Part shown: positions 26,724 to 39,125 of the stretch, piece after piece
Layout: the number at the start of each line of letters is the position of its first letter
Numbering within the stretch: position 1 is the stretch's first letter
The notes under the pieces: generated by a model
Told to the model about the DNA's origin: nothing
Database searches by the model: none
What the model saw: the letters and a program-made list of their open reading frames with translations, nothing else
Program-made: the position numbers and the translations under genes
Assembly (NCBI RefSeq): GCF_009914755.1
Contig: NC_060925.1
Origin: the human T2T-CHM13v2.0 reference genome, Homo sapiens
Direction: 5' to 3' (one strand)
Length of the DNA stretch: 64,000 bases

Positions 26724-26935
26724 CCGGAAACATTCCCGAGATTAGGTCAAATTCATATCTGATAGTCAAATTTGGAAAGGCCACCATTCTCCTTCAGAAG
26801 CAAATGATTTCACCAGCTCCATCTTCCAGCCGGAAACATTCCCGAGATTAGGTCAAATTCATATCTGATAGTCAAATTTGGAAAGGCCACCATTCTCCTT
26901 CAGAAGCAAATGATTTCACCAGCTCCATCTTCCAG
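26724..26935. repeat. Perfect tandem duplication, 2 x 106 bp
   Basis: 26724-26829 is identical to 26830-26935 (ccggaaacattcccgag...ctccatcttccag); 1-bp microhomology (C). Confidence 0.99.
26725..26935 (-). other. Candidate non-coding exon (105 nt as single copy, 211 nt as duplicated)
   Basis: Minus-strand acceptor ttaactaatttacgcAG (AG = 26937-26936) and donor CG|GTAAGA (GT = 26724-26723); stops in all three frames. Confidence 0.5.
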
Positions 26936-27829
26936 CTGCGTAAATTAGTTAATTACAAAGGCTGTAATTTGCAATCAATATTATCTCCGTGGCATCTACT
27001 TCACCGAAGGAAAATATTTATGGCCATATTTGAAAAGGGGCATATTGCCTTAATTGGGAGCCATACATGAAACATTGCACTAAGTGACTCTTAGGGCACT
27101 GATGTCAGTTTTTGCTTTTTTGGTCTGGGAGGTTTGGGGGAGAAAACACAGGCAGATTCTAGATAAAGGCCCTGATTTTCACAAGATAAAAACAGCCACA
27201 GACACTGATCCTCAGACACAAATCCTAAACACAGAGAAATGCTTTATGCACAAAGATGCCTGTGATTGAATTTTTTATAATGGTGAAAAAATATGCACTT
27301 AAACGTTCAACCAAACAGTTATTTACTTACTTATTTACTTGATGGAATATTATCTAGTCTTAAAAACAATGGTTATGAACAACTATATATTAACATGGAA
27401 AATTCTAATACTGTAATATTAAGAGAAAAAAGAGTAAGAAAAATACTAGATATTTGACATCTTCTTTATAATATGCATGCAAAAAACAGCCTGGAAAGAA
27501 ATACATCAATATAGCAACGGTGATAGTTTTTGAGCATTTTAAGTTTATTTTTTCATGTGTTTTTCTTGAATAGACATATATTGATTGGCAAGCAGAGGAA
27601 ATGATTTGTCATAATGGCAACCCCACAAAGTCACTATATTCCACATCCTGGAGTGAGGAAGCTAGCCTGCATCATGGAAATATATTTTCCTTCAATTAGG
27701 AAGCAAGTATTAAAAATATATACAATGGACTGGATGCTTGTCTTTGCCCTCAAAGCTTCATGAAATATTGAAGAAGGACAACTCTGCTGCTGTGTGAAAG
27801 AGGCTCGTACAGACAGTTTTCTCCTAAAT

Positions 27830-28320
27830 CAGCCTGGGTGGTCAGTGAAGGCTTCCTAGAGATGACGATATTGAAAATAGATTTTGAAGGATAAGGAGGC
27901 AGATAAGGAGATAAAGCATTCTGGAAAAATAAAACAGGACAAAAAGGTATGGAAGTGTGAAAGAATCTGTTATGTTTTGGGGAATAACCAGTGCTTAGTT
28001 GTGGCTAAAATGCTGGGTGCATGAAAAGGAGTGATAAAAGGGGTCATTAGGCCAGATTCTGAAGAGCCTTGAATGCCAGTGTAAAGCAGCCCTTCTCTGA
28101 GAAAGGCTAGAGAGGTTGGCATTTATCCTGAGGGCAATAAGGAAGCATCAAAAGTGTTAAGCAGGGTCAGGAAGTGGCCAGAGTCATATGCCAAGAAGGT
28201 CTCTCCGGCTGCAGCATGGACTTGGGAATGGATTTAAGGGGTGGATTTGTGGGGGATACAGATACAGGTTGAAGGTAGAGAGGCCAATTTGGGGACTACA
28301 GCAGTAGTTCTGGTGAAAGT
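27830..28320 (-). mobile_element. L2 fragment
   Basis: ggtggtcagtgaaggcttcctaga...gccttgaatgcca...tttatcctgagggcaat. Confidence 0.75.
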
Positions 28321-29465
28321 TGCAAAGTGTGAACCAAGGAATGCTAGACTTACAAGAGCCCCTGGAAATCTTCTAGTCCAGTGTTTGCATTTGACATTGG
28401 AGGAAAAACAAGCTCCAGAAGGGGAAGAACTTTTATTTGTAAGGAGTTCTTTGCAAGACTCTTAATAGGCTTTAGCCCATCCACCAATGTATGGTGTTTC
28501 TGTTCTCTTTAAAGTGTTCTTGCCAATAGGTGGTCCAGCTTTTGCTCACACACATCCAGTGATGGGGATCTTGCCACCTAAGAAAGCTGATAGTAACCCC
28601 ACTCTTGATTCAAATGGTTCTTCTATTGAGCCTAAAATGGGCTCTCTTAAGCTCTGCTCTCCAATCATAGTATTCCCTCATGTAGCCACACAAAGCCATT
28701 CTGCTGCCTTCTGCATTGTGCTGTGTGTTTTCATGCTGATTGTCTAATTCAACCTTCCTAACTTCCATTCTAAGTAAGCACAATTATTATTTCTACTTTA
28801 CAGGTGGAAAAATTGAAACAAGAAATTACATGGAACAAGGATAAGGTCTTTTCTCTGGGTTTTCTATTTGTTATCCTCAGGTTATTTTGACTCCAGTGCT
28901 ATAGTTCTGAGTACTGTCTGGGCCCTGGGACTTCCTCAGAAAACACTCTCATTTAAGGTTTGAAGATCTGAACTGAATATCGGGTTCCCCAGAGACCTAT
29001 AACTGGTACAGAATATAGAGGCATCATCACTCCTTGTGATGGTTAATTTTATGTGTCACCTTGACTGGCTATGAGGAGGTACACAAATATTGGATCAAAC
29101 ATTATTTTGGGTGTTTCTGGGAGGGCATTTTTGGATGAGTTTAACACTTAAATTGATAAATGTTAAACTATGCTTTATTGTTGAGTAAAGCAGATTGCCC
29201 TCCGTAATGTGGGTGGGCTTCATCCAATCAGTTGAAAGTCTGAATACAACAAAAGGCTAAATAAGAGAATATTATTCCCTGAATAAGAGGCAACTCCTCT
29301 TACCTCCCTGATTTTGAACTGGGAAACCAGCTTTTTCCCTGCCTTCAAACTCCAACCGAAATATCAGCTGTTCCTAGGTCTTGAGCCTGTCAACCTTTGG
29401 ACTGGAACTATAGTTGGCTCTACCTAGTTCTCAGGCCTTTGAACTCAGATTAGAGCTATACCATT

Positions 29466-30468
29466 AGGGGACTTAATAAATGATAAAGTTTCTGCACAGC
29501 TAAAGAAATAACAGGGTAAACGGACAAGCTACAGAATGGGAGAAAATATTTGCGAAATATGTGTCTGACAAAGGACTAATATCCAGAATCTACAATAAAC
29601 TCAAACAATTCAACAAGAAAAAAAACCAAACAATCCCATTAAAAAGTGGACAAAGGATGTGAACAGATATTTCTCAAAAGAAGACATACAAGTGGCCAAT
29701 AAACATATGAAAAAATGCTCAACATCACTAATCATCAGAGAAATGCAAATTAAAACCACATTGAGATATCATCTTACACCAGTAAGAATGGCTATCATTA
29801 AAAAGCAAAACAACAACAGATATTAGTGTGGATGTGGAGAAAAGGGATATGTTGATGGAAATGTAAATTAGTATAACATCTATGAAAAACAGTATGGGGA
29901 TTTCTCAAAGAACTAAAAATAGAACTACCATTTGACCTAGCAATGTCACTACTGGGCATCTACCCAAAAGAAAATAAATCATTGTTTCAAAAAGACACAT
30001 GCACTTATATTTTTATCACAGCACAATTCACAATTGCAAAGTCATGGAATCAGTCTAAGTGTCCATCAGTGGCTGGCTGGATAAAGAAAATGTGGTATAT
30101 ATACACCATGAAATACTATGCAGCCATGAAAAGAATGAAATCATGTCCTTTGCAGCAACATGGATGGATCTGGAGACCATATTCCTAAGTGAAATAACTC
30201 AGAAACAGAAAGTCAAGTACCACATGTTTTCACTTACAAATGGGAGCTAAACAATGGACACATATGGATATAAATATGAAAATAACAGACACTGGGGACT
30301 CCAAAAGCTGCGAGAGTGGGAGGAGGGGGAACGTTAAAAAATGACCTGTTGGGGACAACATTAACTCTATGGTTGATGGGTACACTAGAAGCCCAAACCT
30401 CACCATTATGCAATATATCCATGTAACAAAACCTGCACATGTGCCCCTGAATCTAAAATTTTTAAAAA
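29466..30468 (+). mobile_element. 5'-truncated L1PB (L1PB4-like)
   Basis: ORF2 C-terminus ([10 protein letters not shown]...WNQSKCPS...WIKKMWYI) and 3' UTR ending cctgcacatgtgcccctgaatctaaaa. Confidence 0.9.
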
Positions 30469-31385
30469 TTAGAGATATTAAGAAAGTGAAAAGGCAAGCA
30501 ACAACAGGGGAAAGCATTGACAATAATATAATTAGCAAATGATTTATATCCAAAATATATTAAGAACTCATACAAATCCATAACAAAGAGACGATCCAAT
30601 TTTGGTAAGAGCAAAAGATTGAACAGACATTTCACAGAAGAAGATATTTGAATGTCCAATAAACTCATGAAAAAGTGTTGAACATCATTACTTGTTAGGG
30701 AAATGCAAATTAAAGCCATAAGGAAATACTACTAAACACTCACTGGAGTAACAAAACTCAAAAGGAGTGACAATATCAAGTATTGACAAAGGTATGGAGC
30801 AATTGGACAAAACTGGGAGGAGTTATAAAATGATACAAACACCTTGGAAAACTGGAAGTTTCTTATATAATTGATTCTGCAATTATATTCCTGGCTACTT
30901 ATCCAATGAAATCAAAACATATATTCACAAAAAAGACTTGTTCAAGAATGATGATAGCATATTTTTCCAGAAAAGCCAAAAACTGAAAACAATTCAAATA
31001 GGTGAATGGATAAACAAATTATGGTATATTATGAGCAATGGAATGCTAAAGAAGACTAAAAAGGAATAAACTATTGATACATGCAACAATCTGGATGAAT
31101 CTAAAAAATAATATATTGAGGAAGCAATCGGACCTAGAAGAGCACATGCTATATGATTTGATTTATGTGAAGTCCAATTGTTCCAGCACCATCTGTTGAA
31201 AAGATAATCCTTTCTTCATTGAATTGCCTTTGCATCTTTGTTCAAAATCAATTGACCATATTTGTGTGGGTAGAACTCTCTACTCTGCTCTATTGATCTA
31301 AATGTATATGTCTTTGTCAATACCACACTGTCTTGATTATATTAACTTTACAGTAGTTATTACAATTGAGTATTGTGATTCCTCC
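30469..31385. mobile_element. Old L1M fragments (sense ~30470-31172, antisense ~31173-31385); probable 3'-transduced segment
   Basis: Highly diverged L1 ORF2/3' UTR sequence, then an antisense ORF2 piece (ccaattgttccagcaccatctgttgaaaaga), then an A-rich tail. Confidence 0.75.
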
Positions 31386-33419
31386 AAATAAACAAACAAA
31401 CAAAATAAACTACACCATTGGCTCTCCTGGGACTCCAGCTTGCTGACTGCAGGCCTTGGAACTTGTCAGTCTTCATAATTGCATGGCCCAGTTCTTTATA
31501 GCATACACACACACATCTTACTGGTTCTGTATCTCTGGAGAACTCTGACTAATAAATATATCCCTCCTTGTTTTATAATTAGACTTCTATTAACACAGAC
31601 TTTGATCACATTGGCCTTTTTGGCATCCACATTGCCTAAGTGGCATCAGAGTTGACCTAATGAGTTTGAGAGATAGAATGCAAACCTAGGTCTCATGGTC
31701 CCAGCCCAGGACCTTTTCATTCCATTGCATTGCACCAAACATACCAGGACTATTCGATAGAAAACATTCTTATTCCTTGTACCACTCTTCTGGCACCAGA
31801 CTTCCCAAGATTCTAGAAGTGACTTGGTTTTCTAATACATCTAACTATTCACTACATGTTTATTTATTAATAGAGCAAATATTTTCTTCCTTCTAATAGT
31901 GTGTTTTACAGTAGGCACAGTCAGGAAGCAAACTCTAAGAAGCAATTTTGATTTCCCATCACCATCTATCACCTCTGGTTCCCTCTGTTATGTCTAACAC
32001 TGCTCAGTAGGCTGGAACACAGTGCCAAATAATTAACCAACATCCCCTGCTAAGTAAGCCAGCCCTAGCTGGAGGCCTATGCACACTCCAAGGTTGGCTA
32101 GACTCCAACACCAGGGGAAAGGTCAGCTGGGGCAGACTGAGTACTCTGGTGATTTAAAGGTGCAAGTCCTTACCAATCACCTTTCCTGATTCTCTCCTTC
32201 TTCTTTTCCCAAGGCCTCTGTTTAGAATGTACTTCACCTTTGTTGTCTGCCTGAGAAGTTCCCATTTTCCCCTCAAAACCCAGCTTCAATGCCTCCTGCT
32301 TAGGAAAAGCTTCCTGCCCCTTCCTTGCTGCTCACACAGCACCCTGCACACATTTCTACTTGGCTATGACTATTGTACTGCATTGCTTCACTTCTCCTTG
32401 TCCTCCTTTAGACTTTCTCTAGGTCAGGAATAAATCTGATTCCCCTGTTTCCCAGTGGCCAACACAAAATATGGAACAGAAGAGGTACCAAAGCATGTGT
32501 AATGCATGGATGAATAATTGAACAAATGAATGTTGATATCACTTGAATTTCAGGTCTATTTATTTCATCTCTGAATTAAGGAACCTCTGCTAGGCCTTAG
32601 TTTTGGCATCTGTAGAATGGGAATATCTGCTTATCAGAATCGTTACCAGGAATACATAAGAGAAAAGGATGGTGGGACAAAAGGTGTGTGTGTGTGTGTG
32701 TATATGTGCACATGTCATTAGGATAGTTTCCTTCTCCCAAGATGTGTCAATAAGACTGTGAGCCCTCCAAGAGCCATGTGTTTCTTTGAGCCTTTCTCTC
32801 TTCCTCCCTCCCTTCTTTCTTCCTTCTTGTCCTCTGTTTTCACTGAACACCTAATATATGCCACTGGGAATGTAAAGAAAGGAAAGTCAAACCTATTTTT
32901 CTGCTTTTAAGTGGCTCACAATGGGGGAGTCATATATAAGATGACAGTCACAAACCAGCACACCAAGAGCTAGGACCTAAAATACATGGGGGTCATGTGA
33001 GCATGGATGAAGAACATTCACCATAACCCACATGATCAGAGCAGACTTTTCTTATGAAGACTTAACCTCTAATAAATGGGAGTCAGTTAACTGAAGGCAC
33101 AGGAATAGATAGGTTAGGAAGAGCAGTAAGAAAGAATGGAGGACATCAGAAAGTTCAGAGTGCAGAGTGTTAGGGTGAGGGGTGGTAGAGGAGATAGTGG
33201 TTGGGTAAATGTTAAAATGTAAGACTGGAGAGGCAGACAGAGGTCAGTCACACAAGGCTTTATTAGCTCTAGTGAGGTATTGGTGTTTAGATGCAGGTCA
33301 GTGGGAGTTGGGGGAGGAATCTACTTGCTGGAGTAGCATGCCTAGATTTGCTCTCCAAAGGAACAAACAAGATCCCAGTGGAAGAAGAACAACTAGGGGT
33401 AAAAAGGCTCTAAACCTGA

Positions 33420-33580
33420 CATCCTTGGGATAAAAGCTAATGGCTGGGGAGCTTGGCCTGGAGAAGAGATGACTTGGAGGTAGGCCAGGTTACTGCCTTC
33501 AAAGCTGAGGGGCTACGGGGGCAAGCGAGGAAGCAGATGTGCTCTGCGTGCTCCAGAGAGCAGTGCTAGAACAAGTGGGT
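33420..33580 (+). mobile_element. CR1/L3 fragment
   Basis: gcctggagaagagatgact...tgccttcaaa...tgctccagag...agaacaagtggg. Confidence 0.55.
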
Positions 33581-33589
33581 GTGACTGGC

Positions 33590-33780
33590 TGACCTGGAAT
33601 CTCAGCTCTGCAACTACCTGTGTAAAACTGGCAAATCTCTTAACCTTACTGAGCCTCAGTTTCTCCATTTATGCAATTAGAACTGTAATACTGACCTCAG
33701 CACATTGCTGTAAGGATTTAATGTGAAGATGTACATCAAGTGCCTAGCACATGTTTGGCACATGGGAGATGCTCATGTTA
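33590..33780 (+). mobile_element. MIR SINE
   Basis: aatctcagctctgcaac...cttaaccttactgagcctcagtttctc...aagtgcctagcaca. Confidence 0.8.
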
Positions 33781-36585
33781 GGCTCTTTATGACTCTAAAA
33801 TGAATACTGAGATGGGTGAGAAACATACCGGCAGGGGTAGCTTGGAGGGAGGAGGGAAACAAGAATAATTTCAGCTTCGAACACAAACACAATTCTCTTC
33901 GCTTCCTATTTTGGGAATTGCTGCGGAGGCCAGGAGGGAGGGAAAGATTCCGATTTTAGCGCAACCCGCCTTCTCACTGGGTCTGTGACTTCCAATACTC
34001 CAACCAGCCTCTGGAGTCAGTTTTATAGAAGATTCTGTCCCTGAACTGTCCTGATGGTATCAGAGGTCTTAAGGGTCAATTTAAATATCCCACCTCAGAA
34101 AAGCCCTCCTTGATATCCCAGCATAACTAGGACTTTGTGGCACAATATCTTATTGCACCATTTATTTTTTCTTTGCCCTGATTAGAGTTTGTCTGTATAT
34201 ATTTGTGTGATTGTTTAATACTTTCCACCTTCCCCCATGTAAGCAGAGACTATTGATATTTTATGATGTTTTCTATTGTATTCCCAGTGCCCAGAGGAGT
34301 GCTTGGCGTATAATAGGTATTTTATTCGCTCATTGACTAAGTGAATAAGTGCATAAATAAAGGAACAAGTAGGAACCAAGGGGAAAGGGCATTTTCCTCA
34401 GAAGAAAGAGCATGAGCAAAGGCAAAGAAGTGGTAAAATGCATCATATATGCAAGTACCAAGTGAAAAACTCAGAGCATCTAAGAGATAAAAATGGAAAT
34501 GTCTCTTGGAGGTAGTCTGTATGTGTCTCTCAGTGCCCTGTTAATGACATTGCACTGTCTTCTATGGGCAATGGGGAGACAAGGAAGGTGCTTAAGCAGG
34601 GAAGTCCTGTGCTGGAAGATTTAGGGGGGAAGAAATGAAAGGAAGGACTTCTCCACTGCTTTCAGACTCCGTGGCTTTGCCCTCTGCTTGTCTAGGACCT
34701 TCATTTTGGATCTCAGAGCCCTTCTACCTTCACCCACAATTCAAAGTGACAGGGACTTTCTCTTATAAACGATCCCTTTATTGCATTTAAGCCCCAAGCT
34801 TCAAGGAACAACTTCTTCCCTAAAATCTCAGGTAATGAGGATCTCCCTCCTGTCACTCCTTTGATAACCCTTCCCTCTACAGTCAATCTTTAGCTTGCTT
34901 CAGAAGATGAGAGTCCCAAGCCAGCCTCAGCTACTATCACATGCTTCAGTCTCACATTCTGTAAAATGGGGCTGATGATAATTGCATTATACCAATTGAT
35001 AATTGGTAGGATAATTAAACAAAATAAAAGGTGTGAAGGAGTTTGCTGAATTGGCTGGCACTGTTAAAGCCATGTACCATCACCATGAACTACTGAAACT
35101 GGCATTCTGGGCCAGAGAACTGGCACACATTAGCAAAACATGTATGTGAGCTACAATCCCAGTCCACCACCTGGTTCCTTTGCACCCCACACCCAACCAA
35201 AAGCAGGTTTGTGGTGGGAGATAATAAGCTTCATTCAAAGAGACTCCAGAGCCTAGGAATCAGATGAACTTCAGGTTAAGAAAATTTGGAAATGGCCTCA
35301 TGGCCCAAGAAAGAAGATATAAAGCAAGAGGAGGCTGGAAAGTTAGAGGTTACAAACACCTCCAGATAGTGGATTGAATAAAGGTCTAGGCAGGAGAAGA
35401 ATAAGTTTTATCTTGTTCCCCTTAATTGTTTCCATGATTTTGATTCCATGCCAGCATATTGCCTATTTGAGCCCAACCTTCTGAACCCTAAAAGACTTAA
35501 CAAACGCTGAGTCTTTCTGGTTAACAGGAAACCTTCAAGGATCTGGCTCCAATGTCCTTCCCACCCTCATCTTCCATTGCATCACTTCACACTCTCCTCT
35601 TATCCCCATGCCCCGGAGTCTGCTACATGGGACTATTCACCAGTCCTCAAATAGGCTCTGCACTCTTTCACCACTATGCTTTTCCCACTGCCTGAATATT
35701 CTTTCCCCCTCTATCAAGATAAAGATAAGTCAAGATCTCAAACAAGTCAAGATCTTGTTTGTCCTTCAAGATTCTGGACAAATGCTATGTTTTCTTTGAA
35801 ATTACCCCAGATTTCTTAAATCAGAATTACCATTTTTGTATTGCCTCAGTATGCTATTACTGTACTATACTTTCATTTGGTAGAAAGTCTGCAGTATTTG
35901 AATTTTAGTTGGTTGCTTCCATGTCTTTCCTCCATTATACTGTCTCTGCATCTTTACTGACTAGAGCAGGTCACGATATAGCCAAGGTGCTTAGTAAATT
36001 CATGCTGAAGCAAATGAAAGAGGAGTAATAGGGAAAGTAATTCTTATCTCTCACAAAATGGCATGGCAAGCACTTTGTAAATATTAACTCTTATAATCCT
36101 GGCCTCTCCCTAGCTTCCCAGGTCATGGGTCTTTACATACAGCCAACATCTGCTTATGCTACAGAAAAGCCCCAGAAGCCTACTGGGGTGAAAGCTCTGG
36201 TCTTGTGTCTTCACACTGTTGGCCACCATCCACACTGCTATCGTTTTCTTGGCTCTCAGATTGTCTGGCTCCATGTCCTTGCTCTGGATAACTGCCCCAT
36301 GCAGTTATCAACTTCAACTCAAGGCAAACATAATTTCTTGAGTAACTACTGTGTGCAGACATGTAGTTCTGCATGCTTCCTTGTTTAGGAAGCCCTTTTA
36401 AGCGGGTTGCAAGCAAGAAACAGTCTTAGCTGTACAGAATCATGACAGCTGGGAAATTTTCCACAGGCTGGGGGATGAGACAAACCTCATGTGGTGGATA
36501 TTCCCTTTTACAAATGGAGTCACAAAAGTGAAAACAGGCTGGGGACTAGCAGGGAGCTGCATTGCTAGTAAGTATTGAAAATGGG

Positions 36586-37311
<726 letters not shown>

Positions 37312-38779
37312 TTCAGATTTAGATGAAACTAAAAAATATCATGGAAATAATACATGATAACAACTCAGTCAAAACTATTAACTGTGCAACAGTAATGCTT
37401 GTTCACAACAGGTTGTGTTAAGGATAATTCTAGGCTGCCAGTTCTGCCAGTTAAAATCCATTACTTAGCTCTAGTTATAACTCAACTCCCTTTTTTTCCT
37501 CTCATATTTGAATTGTAAGAAAATGAAGAGTGACATTATCATTATCATAGAAGTAACTTTAAATCTGCTTTACCTCATATAAAAAAGTAGATCATTTGCA
37601 AACCTTGGTATTTTCACTATTCTTAGCATTGTGTACGTGTGTGTGTGTATGTGTGTAAGATATCTCACAACCATTGCTCTTTGCTATGATGCCTTCCAAA
37701 ATAAAGGGTTGTTGAGATAGAATAGATCTTTAGTTTTGGCCATTCTGAGTCTGGAACTAGAGTGTCCAAGGTCTAAGATGAACCCAGTGACAGCTTACAC
37801 TTCTCTTTTTGGGAGCTTGTTCCTGCCACTCATCATCAGAAACAGTCATGAGCACTTGCCATATGCCAGGCATTGTGGTCTTAGTGTGGACATAAGAGCT
37901 TGGTGGACCATCATAAACCATCAGAGCTACTTTATCAGGAAACTGAGTCACAGAGAAATTAAAGAACTATACCAGGATCGCATAGATAGTAAAAGGACAG
38001 TGTTGAGATGTGATCCTAGTCAGTCTGGCTCCAGAGTTACAGCCTATGCCGTTGGCCACAATGCTTTAATGCCTCTCTATAGAGCAGTCTTGTCTGCCTG
38101 GTGGCCCACTAGGACCCTCATTCAGTGTACCATGACCTCTGTTTCTCCCCTTTCAGCCTCCTTTCCAAAGGCATCATATATCCCCCCATTACTGAGATAG
38201 GAATGTGCACATTTTATAATCATGCCATTGGAAAAGTATAAGTTCTGCCCTATGGGGTGAAGGAGGGGATCAAAAAGGTTCTGTCTCATATTATTCCTCC
38301 TCACCCTTGAATATAACCAGTCAGAGAGAGGCTGAAACATCTCTCAGGGGAAGAGACTGAAGAACAGAAAATAGGGTAGTTGGAAGAATTTGTTTTTCCA
38401 GGAGTTAAACCACTTTGGAATGGAAAGCAGGAAAAAAAAAACCCACAAAAATGATTTTCTGCTTTTTTTTAAACTTAAAATTATGGAAATTGTTTCTGAC
38501 AGCAAATTGCTCCTAATTAATTTCTTGGCTCTGCTGGGAAAATGTACTGTTCTGTTGATTTCTAAATTCCACCAGCTTAATTATCAAAATACATTTTTTT
38601 TCATAAAACTATTAACATGTGGGGTTGCAGTTAGGGGGCTGTCAGCATAGTGCAAAGGAAAAAGAGAGAGTAGGGGAGCAAGGGTTGGATGAGCACCAGG
38701 AGGCCTAGAGACTCAACTCAAGGCTTGGTACCCATGTTCCAAAGTCTGGGAGAAGGTAGCAGCCACAGGAAAAGAGGTC

Positions 38780-39125
38780 TTAATGATGCAGGCAGAATCA
38801 CAATGCAGGGAGTGCCTGGGAATGAAGTTGGGAGATCTGGATTCAAATTCCATCTATACTACTTACCTTAGACAAACAGTTGAATTTTTGCTGCGCCTCA
38901 GTCGTTTCTATAAAATGAGGCTAGAAATAATGTTAATTAACATTTGTAGAACTCTTGCTATATGCCAGGCAGTATCCCAAGTGTTTCTATGTGCATTCAC
39001 ATGCCATTCTTCTCCACAGCCCTGTGAAATAGGCATTGCAACTCTACTTTACAGATGAGAAAACACAAGTTCAGAGGGGTCATACAAATTGCCTGAGGTT
39101 ATACATGTTAAGAACCAAGTAGCCA
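38780..39125. mobile_element. Two MIR fragments in opposite orientation
   Basis: Sense core gcctcagtcgtttctataaaatgagg, then antisense tttacagatgagaaaac...gcctgaggttataca. Confidence 0.7.

Larger units (their letters stand above)
29035..31556 (+). mobile_element. ERVL LTR MLT2D-like, split by an L1 insertion (halves 29035-29465 and ~31407-31556)
   Basis: Starts tgtgatggttaattttatgtgtca; ends ggttctgtatctctggagaactctgactaata; halves are collinear across the duplicated cta(t/c)accatt. Confidence 0.9.

Noticed and set aside
26724-26935. Duplicated unit as a coding exon or CRISPR-like array
   Set aside because: Stops in all three minus-strand frames; only two copies with no spacers; eukaryotic context.
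37736-38200. Longest ORF in the window (154 aa)
   Set aside because: Non-ATG start, runs through an antisense MIR, no domain similarity.
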